In this document: positions 26,026 through 35,069 of the stretch, piece by piece
Layout: each line of letters starts with the position of its first letter
How positions within the stretch are numbered: position 1 is the first letter of the stretch
NCBI GenBank assembly: GCA_016215325.1
Contig: JACRJV010000027.1
Span: 16,090-80,089, forward strand
Direction of reading: 5' to 3'
Length of the DNA: 64,000 nucleotides
From: Candidatus Uhrbacteria bacterium
GTDB lineage: Bacteria > Patescibacteriota > Patescibacteriia > JACRJV01
Made by a program: the position numbers and the translations under genes
Notes under the pieces: model-generated
Databases searched by the model: none
Seen by the model: the letters and a program-made list of their open reading frames with translations, nothing else
Told to the model about the DNA's origin: nothing

Positions 26026-26274
26026 AAATACATAACGCGAATACCGTTCAGCCGCAACGGCTAGTCGGGCATGCGAATACCGCGAATAATTTTTGTAGAA
26101 ATAGTATACCATCATGAGTCGTGCTTGACAAGGGAGGGGAATGGCCGGTAGGGTTGGGGGAGAATCATGTTTAGAGCGAGTCCATCGCCGCCCCACACGG
26201 GTGGCGATTGTTTTTTCCGGTGGCTCAACAGCGACCGGAGATCGGATCACCCGCACAGGGTGAGAGGAGCGGTC

Positions 26275-26700
26275 ATGCACGATCGGCAGATACTGCACGC
26301 AACGGTGCAGGGTCTCCTGCGCCAGGCCACGGAGATCAAGGGTCTGGACGTCAACTCCTGGCTCAGGGAGGAGGATGGGAGAGAGGCTGTCGTCGACCTC
26401 CTGACCACGACCCTGGGCAGGGTCTACAACAGCGCGCACGCGGTCAAGTTGACCAAGGCTTTCGCGGCCCTTCGTGCGTGCCAGAAGGACGACGGCCGGG
26501 GCACGATGTTCCTGCGCGCCTCCCTCCGTGGCCACCCCGAGATTGACTCCGAGCTCAAGAGGCTCGAGGCGATCCTGGCTGCCAGCGTCATGGAAGCGCC
26601 GCAGCCGCTCGCCAAGGCCTGCCCGGCCGGGATCCGGCATATCGCCGGCGAGTGCGACCAGGAATGCGATCGCATCGCCGGGATGTTCGCCCAGCGCTGA
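26275..26700 (+). CDS. helical hypothetical protein (GC-rich ORFan)
   Basis: SD AGGAG; TTGACA-18-TAGGGT promoter at 26125-26154; 3' hairpin 26722-26761. Confidence 0.65.
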   Translation: MHDRQILHATVQGLLRQATEIKGLDVNSWLREEDGREAVVDLLTTTLGRVYNSAHAVKLTKAFAALRACQKDDGRGTMFLRASLRGHPEIDSELKRLEAILAASVMEAPQPLAKACPAGIRHIAGECDQECDRIAGMFAQR

Positions 26701-26789
26701 TCTGGACGAGCTCAACTCACACGGGCAGACGGTCGCGCCTCATCGCGCTGCCGTCTGCCCGAGGGCCCTTACACTCCTCGATTGTTTGT

Positions 26790-26818
26790 TTGACAGATAA
26801 TCTGCGTTCCGCTAGGAT
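26790..26818 (+). promoter_or_regulatory. sigma70-like promoter for the Val-rich leader
   Basis: TTGACA-17-TAGGAT. Confidence 0.7.
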
Positions 26819-26827
26819 AGAATCAAT

Positions 26828-26943
26828 ATGCATCGATCCCAACTCACCAGCCGTGTCGTCGTGGTCCGCCCCTTGAGGAAGCGGTGATCTTGGCATAGAA
26901 AAGAGTAGAGCCAAACGCCGCCTCCAAACGGGCGGTCTTTTTT
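26828..26943 (+). promoter_or_regulatory. putative attenuator: leader peptide MHRSQLTSRVVVVRPLRKR (26828-26887) plus intrinsic terminator (26917-26943)
   Basis: Four consecutive Val codons; GCCGCCT-CCAAAC-GGGCGGT-C-T6 terminator; alternative pairing GGAAGCGG/CCGCCTCC. Confidence 0.55.
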
Positions 26944-27235
26944 ATAGAAAATGGTTGACGGAAGATGGAAATTGGTAATAGAAAATAGAAACTGGAAACT
27001 GGAATGATCTTCGAATTTCTGGTTTCCAACATCCATTACTATTTTCTGTCTTCCATCAACCAGTTTCCAATGCTAAGCGTTCTCTTGGGCATGCCGGAGA
27101 AATTTCGTCTCGAATATCGAGTATCGAATATCTTTTCTCTCGTGTGCCGAGGATGACGATTCAACTGGAGGAGAACCGATAGTATCGGTTCAAATCGTCG
27201 TTACTCTAGGATTGACAACAAGGAGGCCACCAACC

Positions 27236-27592
27236 ATGGTGAGCTGCGGATACCAAGATCGCGAGCAGGAGGCGTGCTACCCCGAATATGTTGCCCCGGA
27301 CACCAAGCACAAGCCGGGGTCCAAGCCCATCGGCTACCAGGACGTCCGCGTTCACGCCGGTCGCAGCCACGGCCGACACCGCATGAAGCGCATGCGCGTG
27401 TTCGCCTGTGAACACTGCGGGCACCAGGATGGACACCGCACGCTGCGGACCCACAACTGCCCGGTGCTGACCGGTACCTTGCGCATGCATACGCCGATGC
27501 TCCTCAGCCGGGACACCTGGGGCTGCGCAAACTGCTCCGCCACCGGCGAGGACGACTCACTGGATGGCCGGCACTGCTCGGCCACGTCCTAG
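27236..27592 (+). CDS. small Cys/His-rich (Zn-ribbon-like) protein
   Basis: SD AAGGAGG; CEHCGH...HNCP and CANC...HC motifs. Confidence 0.7.
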   Translation: MVSCGYQDREQEACYPEYVAPDTKHKPGSKPIGYQDVRVHAGRSHGRHRMKRMRVFACEHCGHQDGHRTLRTHNCPVLTGTLRMHTPMLLSRDTWGCANCSATGEDDSLDGRHCSATS

Positions 27593-27609
27593 GGCGACCC
27601 AAACTTCCC

Positions 27610-27677
27610 GCCCCCGTAGATCACGGTAGATCGTCCGCTCAACACGCGGGAGGTAGGGTTCAATTCCCCCGGGGGCT
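27610..27677 (+). tRNA. non-canonical tRNA-like element, anticodon position AAC (Val), copy 1
   Basis: Acceptor GCCCCCG/CGGGGGC, D arm GATC-ACGGTA-GATC, anticodon arm TCCGC-TCAACAC-GCGGG, T loop TTCAATT with short T stem; C33; no encoded CCA. Confidence 0.55.
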
Positions 27678-27685
27678 CCGAATCC

Positions 27686-27754
27686 GCTCGCGTAGCTCAA
27701 CGTAGAGCGGCCCGACAACATCGGGCAGACGCGGTTCGAGTCCGCACGCGGGCA
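27686..27754 (+). tRNA. non-canonical tRNA-like element, anticodon position AAC (Val), copy 2
   Basis: Acceptor GCTCGCG/CGCGGGC + A73, D arm GCTC-AACGTA-GAGC, anticodon arm GCCCG-ACAACAT-CGGGC, T arm GCGG-TTCGAGT-CCGC; C33. Confidence 0.6.
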
Positions 27755-27945
27755 TCACCTCCACTCCCCGCATTCTGCGGGGCAAACCGGCTGGGGAGAG
27801 TGTCGTTCGCCTCATCGCGAACAACTCTCCCTGGCCGCCCTCCCTCAAAAACAAATCACTCTATAAAAGATAAAAATAAATTATTTTTGTGCACCCTCTT
27901 GACAGTGCAATTGAATTCCCATAAACTCGTCTGTTATACTAGGTC

Positions 27946-28150
27946 ATGAAGACTATGAACTTCTTCCAAACTCATACACTGTCCGCAAGCAAGTTGGGCG
28001 CCAAGCAGGAGCTCGTGCTTTGCCGTGTCATTGCAAAGAATATTTTTGGCCGGGCCAGTGGTGGGAAGAAGAAAAAAAGATCCTCGTAAGTTTGTAGAAC
28101 AGATTCCCATGAGAACCACACACTGGCCCTAACCAACGGCCAGTGATTTA
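27946..28150 (+). promoter_or_regulatory. second leader-like ORF (47 aa ending GGKKKKRSS, 27946-28089) with alternative hairpins
   Basis: TTGACA-17-TAAACT (27899) and TGnTATACT upstream; CACTGGCC (28121) can pair with GGCCAGTG at 28053 or at 28138. Confidence 0.4.
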
Positions 28151-28229
28151 TTATACGGGGATAATACGAATACTTAATCAGGAGCAACAGACAGTCGGGG
28201 ATGCGAATACTGCGAATGCTAAAGGTAGC

Positions 28230-28295
28230 TCTCGACTTCGCTCGAGCAATAATAAAAAGTAGCTATTCTTCGAGCAAGCCGCAGCGCAGTCGAGA
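28230..28295. repeat. TCTCGAC...GTCGAGA miniature palindromic element
   Basis: TCTCGACTTCGCTCGAG...TCGAGCAAGCCGCAGCGCAGTCGAGA. Confidence 0.5.
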
Positions 28296-28461
28296 AGTAC
28301 CTTTTCCAGAGCACATTAAAATCACAAAAGTTGACCGACCTGTTGAGGGGGAACTTCTAACTTTCCCTCTCGCCTGGTCGGTTAACACTTGTAGGGAGTA
28401 GCGAGTAGCACCCTACCAACTCGCAGTCGCGCGGCGCGTGACTGCACGGAGGACTCACCCT

Positions 28462-28830
28462 ATGTCCACCCCAATTTCCTCGAAGGAGCTGCTGTACCAG
28501 CAGATCCTCGTCGAAGCTCGAGCATTCGGCAAGCGCGGCGAGCGCTGGATCACAACACACGGAGGGGCGGCAGCCGCAAAGGCTGCTCTCGAGGGCGAAG
28601 TGGCGGGTCTCAACAACCTCCACACCCGCCACCTTCAGACACTGATTCAGGGTGCGGTTCTCGCGCGCAGCTTGCGCGAGAACTCCGAGGCCAAGGAGCT
28701 GGCCAAGAGGACCGTCACGGCCCTCTGCAAGCACGCTCCGAGTGCCTCCAAGGCCCTCCGCTCGGTGCCCCAGCTGGGTGGCGAGTACATCGGCGACGTC
28801 AGCGACGGTTCGACGGTCGGGCCGCGCTAG
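28462..28830 (+). CDS. helical hypothetical protein (GC-rich ORFan)
   Basis: SD GGAGG; open frame rich in G/C third positions. Confidence 0.65.
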   Translation: MSTPISSKELLYQQILVEARAFGKRGERWITTHGGAAAAKAALEGEVAGLNNLHTRHLQTLIQGAVLARSLRENSEAKELAKRTVTALCKHAPSASKALRSVPQLGGEYIGDVSDGSTVGPR

Positions 28831-29356
28831 TATGGCGGCCGATCAAATCTGACAAGGAGGTGAGACCGTGAGCTGCGCAGCGCGCGTGCGGTGGTTCACG
28901 GCCGACCGGATCCTGTAGCCACCGAGGGTGTCGCGCCCTCCGGGGGTTCGGTGGAGTGTCGATCGAGGTTCCATTAGCCTACGAAGACACAGAAGCCGAG
29001 CTCGCTACGGAACCAAACGGCCGAGAATCAAGTATCTAGTAGAATGGCCACCGCGGTCCTCGAGCCCGCTTCTAGCTCGTGACCGCCCCACCCGTCCTCA
29101 ACGCATCCCCTGTGATGCAGCGAGGCGGCAACACTACCCATGAGGGCTCCCGCACACCGCGTGCTGGAGCCCTCTCGTCTTTTTATAGACTTTTGACAGA
29201 ATGAGGTTTTTTGAATATCGTGTGAGGCACCATTGATCTGCGAGGATTGGAGGCTTTTGGCCTATAGTCCTTGCCGATTAATATATGCAACGACCACGGC
29301 GGTCGGAGCAACCGTAACATCCGATGGGACGCCATCGGTGGTAGATTGGAGGATCG

Positions 29357-29545
29357 ATGTACTTCCACGACGTTGTACGAGTTGGCGGTTTGGTGGTCAG
29401 GGACGGCAAGCGGCACGTCTTCGAGTGTCGACGCTGCGGCAAATTGAGCCCGGGCAGTCGAAAGGACTGTCCGGTGCCGCCTGGGGGGAAGCGCCATGAC
29501 CACAAGGGGCCCAATCCGCCATCTGGCGGAGTGGTTGAGGTGTGA
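29357..29545 (+). CDS. small Zn-ribbon-like protein, paralog of 27236
   Basis: SD GGAGG; HVFECRRCGK...DCPV...H.H; promoter TTGACA-17-TATCGT at 29193. Confidence 0.6.
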   Translation: MYFHDVVRVGGLVVRDGKRHVFECRRCGKLSPGSRKDCPVPPGGKRHDHKGPNPPSGGVVEV

Positions 29546-29756
29546 TTCGGGAAGGAACGGAGGGCGGCTGCGCAATCCATGGTAGTTCGCGCAAACAACG
29601 GATCGCGCAGATCAGGGGGGCGCGATAGACTGCCCGCCGGAGGGCATGGGCGCGCTTCTAGGACAACGGCGATCTTGATTTAACCCCGCTTTCGAGACCT
29701 CAACGGCCCGCCCTCATCGGCGCGCCTGCGAGGTCTCTCTTCATTTCTGCAGAGTT

Positions 29757-29790
29757 CCCTCTCCCTGTGGGAGAGGGTCAGGGTGAGGGG
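29757..29790 (-). repeat. CCCTCACCC..CCCTCTCCC..GGGAGAGGG element (in-frame copy at 23865-23898)
   Basis: Reverse-complement similarity to the femAB insertion encoding LTPTLSQGERG. Confidence 0.7.
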
Positions 29791-29848
29791 ATTAAGAAAA
29801 ATTCCGGGATGAAAAATCAAAAACCCGCCGTGTGGGCGGGCTGTCATC

Positions 29849-30154
29849 CTACCGTTTGTTCATCTCCTCCCATTGATCCTTAAGCGCACTAGAAAGTTCT
29901 GCGAGTTTTGTATTCGCAATCTTTTTGTTCTTCTTGTACTCCACCATTAGCTGGTCCACGAGCGCTTCGTAGGCTTTCTTGGAACGCTTTTTGAGCTTGG
30001 GATATTCGGTGGCAATCCGGTCCGAAAGTTCTTTGGCATATTCTGCAGTATCTTTGCGGAGCTTCTTGTTAGTTTTGTCCGGGAGCATCAGGACCACGGC
30101 GCTGGCCACCAGCGCCCCCAGGGCCGAACCGGCGATAAAGGATTTCTTGCTCAT
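29849..30154 (-). CDS. YtxH-like protein
   Basis: KKSFIAGSALGALVA..LMLPDK then a charged coiled coil. Confidence 0.75.
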   Translation of the reverse strand: MSKKSFIAGSALGALVASAVVLMLPDKTNKKLRKDTAEYAKELSDRIATEYPKLKKRSKKAYEALVDQLMVEYKKNKKIANTKLAELSSALKDQWEEMNKR

Positions 30155-30349
30155 AGATTTTTAGAAGTTAATGACTCCGGATCAAGGATATTACGAATCC
30201 TTCAATTGATCTTTCATGGCCATGTTTTCCTTAAGCCAGAGAACAATTTCAAGGATTTTGTGGATCATTTCTTGATCATTCATAAGTTTGATCTCCATCA
30301 TTATAGCATAGAAAATAAATACCGCATCATTCTGGAGTTGTGTTCTCAA

Positions 30350-30420
30350 TCGGGCTGCCGGGAATTGAACCCGGTCTACATGCACCCCATGCATGCGTAC
30401 TACCGGTATACTACAGCCCG
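30350..30420 (-). tRNA. tRNA-Pro(GGG)
   Basis: Reverse complement CGGGCTG..CATGC-ATGGGGT-GCATG..CCGGGTTCAATTCCCGG-CAGCCCG-A; complete cloverleaf, CCA not encoded. Confidence 0.93.
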
Positions 30421-30823
30421 TTAAATTAAAACGGCTTCTCGAAGGTGCTGACCCCGGGTTTCGGCTCTTGGGGAGGTGGGTGCCCGCAGCAGAAGATGTT
30501 CAGAAGTCCATTGTTGGTCCTCATCCCATCCCTGCGCTGTGAGGCTCGCTGAAACTCATGAATGAATCCCAACGAATTGATGGCGCTGGACTGCTGCCCG
30601 CCCATACGGGGACCGCACGGGTGAAGCAGTAGGTCGCGCGAACAACTCCCAAGTCGCCTTGTTGTCCCGAAACATGCGAGTATCAGCACTGTTCTGAAGC
30701 CAATCCTATTGTAGCATGGTCATCAGCGTCGTCAATATCAATATTGCGAAAACTAACATCCCTCCGAGTATATCGGAGGGATGTATCGTTTACCTGTTTA
30801 GTGCTAGACTGTAAGCGCGTTCG

Positions 30824-31000
30824 TTATGAACCTTGCTTGACCTGCGTCTTTAAACACGAGGTGCAATATTGGAGCGTCTCCCCATCGCGGCGCCGAGTCT
30901 GGAGATTGGGGTAGACAATCCGCTTGGTTGCTTGGTGGGAATGGCTTCGGTCAACAATGGTGCGCGGCCCTTTGCCGCAGAGATCGCATCGGCGGGACAT
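30824..31000 (-). CDS. rpmB: 50S ribosomal protein L28
   Basis: MSRRCDLCGKG..RSHSHQATKR..PNLQ..CTSCLK. Confidence 0.92.
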   Translation of the reverse strand: MSRRCDLCGKGPRTIVDRSHSHQATKRIVYPNLQTRRRDGETLQYCTSCLKTQVKQGS

Positions 31001-31127
31001 ACACGGCGAGTATAAGGTATAAAGTATTTTGAATACTAGCAAAATATTTTTCGTACGTCAATGTTAACGGAGCCAGGTACGGCGTGGAATACCTAATACC
31101 CTATACCTCATACTCTATACCAGCGTT

Positions 31128-31766
31128 ATGATTCTCTCTCAACTCTTTAGCAACCCGGCGCTGGTCATCGTTTGGATCACGGCCATCCTGTATGCCATGA
31201 CCGTGCACGAATTTAGCCATGCATTGGCGGCGAAGCTCCTGGGCGATGATACGCCCGAACGCGAAGGGCGGTTGAGTTTGAACCCTGCGGCCCATGTCGA
31301 TATGATGGGGCTCGTGCTGTTGGTGGTCGCTGGGTTTGGGTGGGGTAGGCCCGTGCAATTCAACGCTTCTCGGTTGCGTAACCCGCGACTGGATCCTGCG
31401 CTCGTGGGCTTGGCCGGGCCATTCGCTAATCTCTTGAGCGTCGTTGTCTTTGGGTTGCTTACTCGCCTTGCCATCAATGCAAATTATGCACCAGAGAATC
31501 TGATGGTGCAGTTTTTCCTCTACATTGCGTTGTTGAATACAACGCTCATGGTATTTAATTTGTTACCAGTGCCCCCGCTGGATGGGTCGCATTTACTCCT
31601 TGCGTTGTTGCCCGAGCGGTTCTGGAGGCTTAAAATTTGGCTCGTGACCCGCGGCGCCCTGTGGTTGATGGGGCTTGTGCTTATCGACATCGTTACCGGC
31701 GGCCTCCTTTTAGGCGGGATCCTCTCGTTCTTCCATAATCTTGTATTCAAGTTTGTCCTGTCTTGA
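31128..31766 (+). CDS. site-2 protease (M50)
   Basis: HEFSH, LAGP, FNLLPVPPLDG. Confidence 0.93.
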   Translation: MILSQLFSNPALVIVWITAILYAMTVHEFSHALAAKLLGDDTPEREGRLSLNPAAHVDMMGLVLLVVAGFGWGRPVQFNASRLRNPRLDPALVGLAGPFANLLSVVVFGLLTRLAINANYAPENLMVQFFLYIALLNTTLMVFNLLPVPPLDGSHLLLALLPERFWRLKIWLVTRGALWLMGLVLIDIVTGGLLLGGILSFFHNLVFKFVLS

Positions 31767-31805
31767 CCCCAGAGTAAAAGAGTGCTAGAGTACTGCCACC
31801 ATTCT

Positions 31806-32222
31806 ATGCCAACAATTAGCCAACTCATCCGGCATTCTCGCAAGCCGCTCAAGAAGAAATCCAAGACCCCGGCGCTTTCGCCGGTTCTTAATGTGCTCGA
31901 GCGCCGGCGTAAGGAAATGCCGTCCGGCAATCCTTTTAAGCGGGGAGTGTGCGTGAAGGTGACCACGATGACCCCGAAGAAACCGAATTCCGCGTTGCGC
32001 AAAATCGCCCGCGTGCGGCTCTCTAATGGCATGGAAGTGACCGCTTATATCCCCGGCGTTGGCCATAATCTCCAAGAACACTCGATTGTGATGTTAAGAG
32101 GTGGCCGTGTAAAGGATCTCCCGGGTGTGCGGTATCACATTGTTCGCGGTGTCTACGACACGCAAGGCGTGCAAGGCCGCAAGCAGGCACGCAGCCTGTA
32201 CGGAGCGAAACGGCCGAAGTAA
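31806..32222 (+). CDS. rpsL: 30S ribosomal protein S12
   Basis: [24 protein letters not shown]; promoter TTGACC-17-TAGAGT at 31763. Confidence 0.98.
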   Translation: MPTISQLIRHSRKPLKKKSKTPALSPVLNVLERRRKEMPSGNPFKRGVCVKVTTMTPKKPNSALRKIARVRLSNGMEVTAYIPGVGHNLQEHSIVMLRGGRVKDLPGVRYHIVRGVYDTQGVQGRKQARSLYGAKRPK

Positions 32223-32274
32223 TTCAACAATAGCGAGTCTCTTCAGCTCGTCATCTCTTCACCTCTCGTTCATT

Positions 32275-32739
32275 ATGCGCGGTAAACAATCCCCAAAACG
32301 ATCAATATTGCCAGACCCCAAATATAGCAACGTGACTGTTGCCAAATTTACGCATTACCTCATGCGCAAAGGCAAGAAGAGCGTTGCGCAGAAAATTGTG
32401 TATGGGTGTTTTGACCAAATCCAACAAGCCGGCCAAGACCCGATGGCGGTTTTTGACGCCGCCATCCGCAATGTCTCTCCTATCCTTGAGGTGAAAAGCC
32501 GGCGCATTGGAGGCGCGAACTTCCAAGTACCCATTCCGGTGCGCGTCGAACGCAAAATGATGCTAGCCTCCCGTTGGATTATCGAAGCAGCGAAATCCCG
32601 CAAAGGTCAGCCCATGGCCAAAAAACTCGCACAGGAGCTTACCGAGGCGTCGCAAAACCAGGGTACTGCGATTAAAAAGAAGACCGATGTCCACCGCATG
32701 GCAGAGGCAAACCGCGCGTTCGCACACTTCGCCCGATAA
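32275..32739 (+). CDS. rpsG: 30S ribosomal protein S7
   Basis: SRRIGGANFQVP, HRMAEANRAFAH. Confidence 0.98.
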   Translation: MRGKQSPKRSILPDPKYSNVTVAKFTHYLMRKGKKSVAQKIVYGCFDQIQQAGQDPMAVFDAAIRNVSPILEVKSRRIGGANFQVPIPVRVERKMMLASRWIIEAAKSRKGQPMAKKLAQELTEASQNQGTAIKKKTDVHRMAEANRAFAHFAR

Positions 32740-32749
32740 AAGCAAGATT

Positions 32750-32840
32750 AATTTTCAATTATCAATTTGCAATTTTCAGTGAATTTTCAATTGATCATTG
32801 AATATTGATTGAAAATTAGAAATTGGAAATTGAAAATTTT
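32750..32840. repeat. inverted heptamer array (AATTTTC/GAAAATT type)
   Basis: TTTCAAT TATCAAT TTGCAAT ... ATTAGAA ATTGGAA ATTGAAA; same type at 36418, 40978, 56023, 57213. Confidence 0.8.
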
Positions 32841-32847
32841 TTTGTTT

Positions 32848-34941
32848 ATGCCTCGTGAATATTCCCTCCAACAAACTCGTAATATTGGTATCATCGCTCA
32901 TATTGACGCCGGCAAGACCACCGTTTCTGAGCGTATTTTATTTTACACCGGGAAAAAGCATAAGATCGGCGAAGTACACGAAGGGGAAGCCACTATGGAC
33001 TGGATGGATCAGGAAAAAGAGCGCGGCATTACGATTACTGCCGCTGCGACCACATGTTTTTGGAAAGATACCCGTATCAATCTCATTGATACGCCCGGGC
33101 ACATCGACTTTACCGTCGAAGTAAAACGCAGCCTCAGGGTGCTGGACGGCGGCGTGGTGGTGTTTGACGGTGTTGCGGGCGTTGAGCCGCAAAGCGAAAC
33201 CAACTGGCATTATGCCGATGACTACAATGTTCCTCGGCTGTGTTTCATCAACAAGATGGATCGCATGGGCGCTGATTTTTACAAGGACCTCGCCGGGATC
33301 CATGAACGGCTCACCAAAAAAGCCTATCCGATCCAGTTGCCCATTGGCGCGGAAGAGAACTTTTTAGGCATCGTCGATGTATTGCGCGAGAAAGCCGTGT
33401 ATTACAAAGACGATCTTGGCAAAGACTTCGAAGAGCGCGATGTGCCCGAAGACATGAAGGAGTTGGTCGCCAAGTACCGGCATGAATTACTCGAGGCCAT
33501 TGTGGAGAACGACGAATCGTTGATGAATGCCTACCTCGGGGGCAGCCCGATCGCATTGGACGACCTCAAGCGCGTATTGCGCATTGCGGTCATTAAAAAT
33601 GGCGTGGTGCCGGTGCTTTGTGGCAGCGCTCTTAAAAACAAAGGCGTACAATATCTGTTGGATGCGGTCGTGGATTATTTGCCGTCGCCGTTGGATCTGC
33701 CTCCCGTACAGGCCCATGACCCGGATCATTCCGAGACAGTGATTGAGCGCAACGCCAGCGACGCCGAACCGTTTACGGCCTTAGCATTTAAACTCGCCGC
33801 TGATCCGTTCATTGGAAAGTTGGTGTTCTTCCGCGTGTATTCCGGGACGTTGTCAGCAGGTTCGTATGTTCTCAATAGCAGCAACGGGGAACGCGAACGC
33901 ATCGGCCGTATTGTCCGGCTCCATGCCAACCATCGCGAGGATGTTGACGCGGTCTATGCCGGTGAAATTGCCGCCGCTGTCGGGCTCAAGTCGACCTTTA
34001 CCGGCCACACATTGTGTGACCCCGAACACCCGGTGTTGATGGAATCCATCACCTTCCCGGAACCGGTAATTTCCGTTGCGATCGAACCCAAGACCAAGCA
34101 GGACCAAGAAAAAATGGGCCTTGCCATCCAGAAGCTTGCCGAAGAAGACCCCACGTTCCGAGTGCGCACGGATGAAGAAACGCTCCAGACGATTATTTCC
34201 GGCATGGGAGAGCTGCATCTGGACGTGTTGGTGGAGCGCATGAAGCGCGAGTTTAAGGTCGAAGCGAATGTCGGCCAACCGCAAGTGGCTTATAAAGAGA
34301 CAATTAAGAAATCTGCTCACGCCGAAGGCAAGTATATTAAACAATCCGGCGGCCGTGGTCAGTATGGACATTGTTGGATTCGCGTGGAACCTCAGGAACA
34401 AGGGAAGGGATATGAGTTTGAGGATGAAATCAAGGGCGGCGTTATCCCCAAGGAGTACATTGGCGCCATTCAAAAGGGCGTGAAAGAAACGTTCGATAAG
34501 GGCGTGATCGCGGGCTACCCGATTATCGATGTGAAGGCAGTAGTGTATGATGGGAGTTATCACGAAGTGGACTCCTCCGAAATAGCATTTAAAGTAGCAG
34601 CCGGCATGGCGGTCACCGAGGCAGTCAAACGCGCAGAGCCAGTGATTTTGGAGCCGCTCATGAAAGTTGAAGTGATCACGGCCGAACAGTTTATGGGCGA
34701 CGTGATCGGCGATCTTAATTCCAAACGCGGCCAAATTCAAGAGATGCGCGATCGGACCAATGTTAAAGTGATTGATGCGCTGGTGCCGCTTTCCGAAATG
34801 TTCGGGTATGCCACGCAATTGCGCAGCATGAGCCAAGGACGCGCCAGTTACTCCATGGAATTTTCTCATTACTCCGAAGTTCCCCGTAACGTTGCTGAAA
34901 AGATTATCGCTGCCTCAAGAGGGGAGAGTCTGAAAAAGTAG
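32848..34941 (+). CDS. fusA: elongation factor G
   Basis: [23 protein letters not shown]. Confidence 0.98.
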   Translation: MPREYSLQQTRNIGIIAHIDAGKTTVSERILFYTGKKHKIGEVHEGEATMDWMDQEKERGITITAAATTCFWKDTRINLIDTPGHIDFTVEVKRSLRVLDGGVVVFDGVAGVEPQSETNWHYADDYNVPRLCFINKMDRMGADFYKDLAGIHERLTKKAYPIQLPIGAEENFLGIVDVLREKAVYYKDDLGKDFEERDVPEDMKELVAKYRHELLEAIVENDESLMNAYLGGSPIALDDLKRVLRIAVIKNGVVPVLCGSALKNKGVQYLLDAVVDYLPSPLDLPPVQAHDPDHSETVIERNASDAEPFTALAFKLAADPFIGKLVFFRVYSGTLSAGSYVLNSSNGERERIGRIVRLHANHREDVDAVYAGEIAAAVGLKSTFTGHTLCDPEHPVLMESITFPEPVISVAIEPKTKQDQEKMGLAIQKLAEEDPTFRVRTDEETLQTIISGMGELHLDVLVERMKREFKVEANVGQPQVAYKETIKKSAHAEGKYIKQSGGRGQYGHCWIRVEPQEQGKGYEFEDEIKGGVIPKEYIGAIQKGVKETFDKGVIAGYPIIDVKAVVYDGSYHEVDSSEIAFKVAAGMAVTEAVKRAEPVILEPLMKVEVITAEQFMGDVIGDLNSKRGQIQEMRDRTNVKVIDALVPLSEMFGYATQLRSMSQGRASYSMEFSHYSEVPRNVAEKIIAASRGESLKK

Positions 34942-34969
34942 TGCGCGAGAGCGCGCCAGCGCTGGATAC

Positions 34970-35003
34970 AAAAACCGTCCCGTTGTCCTCGGGGCGGTTT
35001 TTT
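34970..35003 (+). terminator. intrinsic terminator after fusA
   Basis: AAAAACCGTCCCG...CGGGGCGGTTTTTT. Confidence 0.8.
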
Positions 35004-35069
35004 GTCGTTTGAATAAGGGTTTTTGATTGTCTTGTCCAAATAGGAATTGATCCGTACAATACATTGGCT

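Noticed and set aside
25702-26715. 337-aa ORF as a fused L31
   Set aside because: Only the last 107 aa are L31; the upstream part is the antisense frame of the 26275 gene
27619-27708. tRNA-like D loops (ACGGTA, AACGTA) as ANTAR binding sites
   Set aside because: They match A1/G4, but D loops naturally begin with A and contain G, and the spacing does not fit the dual-hairpin model
20400-29800. CRISPR array or integron cassette array
   Set aside because: Repeats are not regularly spaced by unique spacers; no cas or integrase gene; hairpins lack clear RYYYAAC/GTTRRRY attC ends
20400-30420. Prophage integrated at tRNA-Pro
   Set aside because: No integrase, terminase or structural genes; core genes are interspersed; no duplicated tRNA 3' end seen
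30426-30689. 87-aa minus-strand ORF next to tRNA-Pro
   Set aside because: No motif or convincing start; not supportable
32809-32847. N-terminal extensions such as [11 protein letters not shown] (fusA), MNHCKF (dnaE), MNGKKYEDIRY (tmk)
   Set aside because: These are translations of intergenic repeat arrays; conserved starts lie downstream
33853-34869. Long antisense ORFs (also 42489-43454, 17264-17881, 10547-11194 and others)
   Set aside because: Shadow frames of well-supported genes with no recognisable motifs
34942-35069. tuf after fusA
   Set aside because: Absent here; a terminator and xseA follow, and split str operons are common
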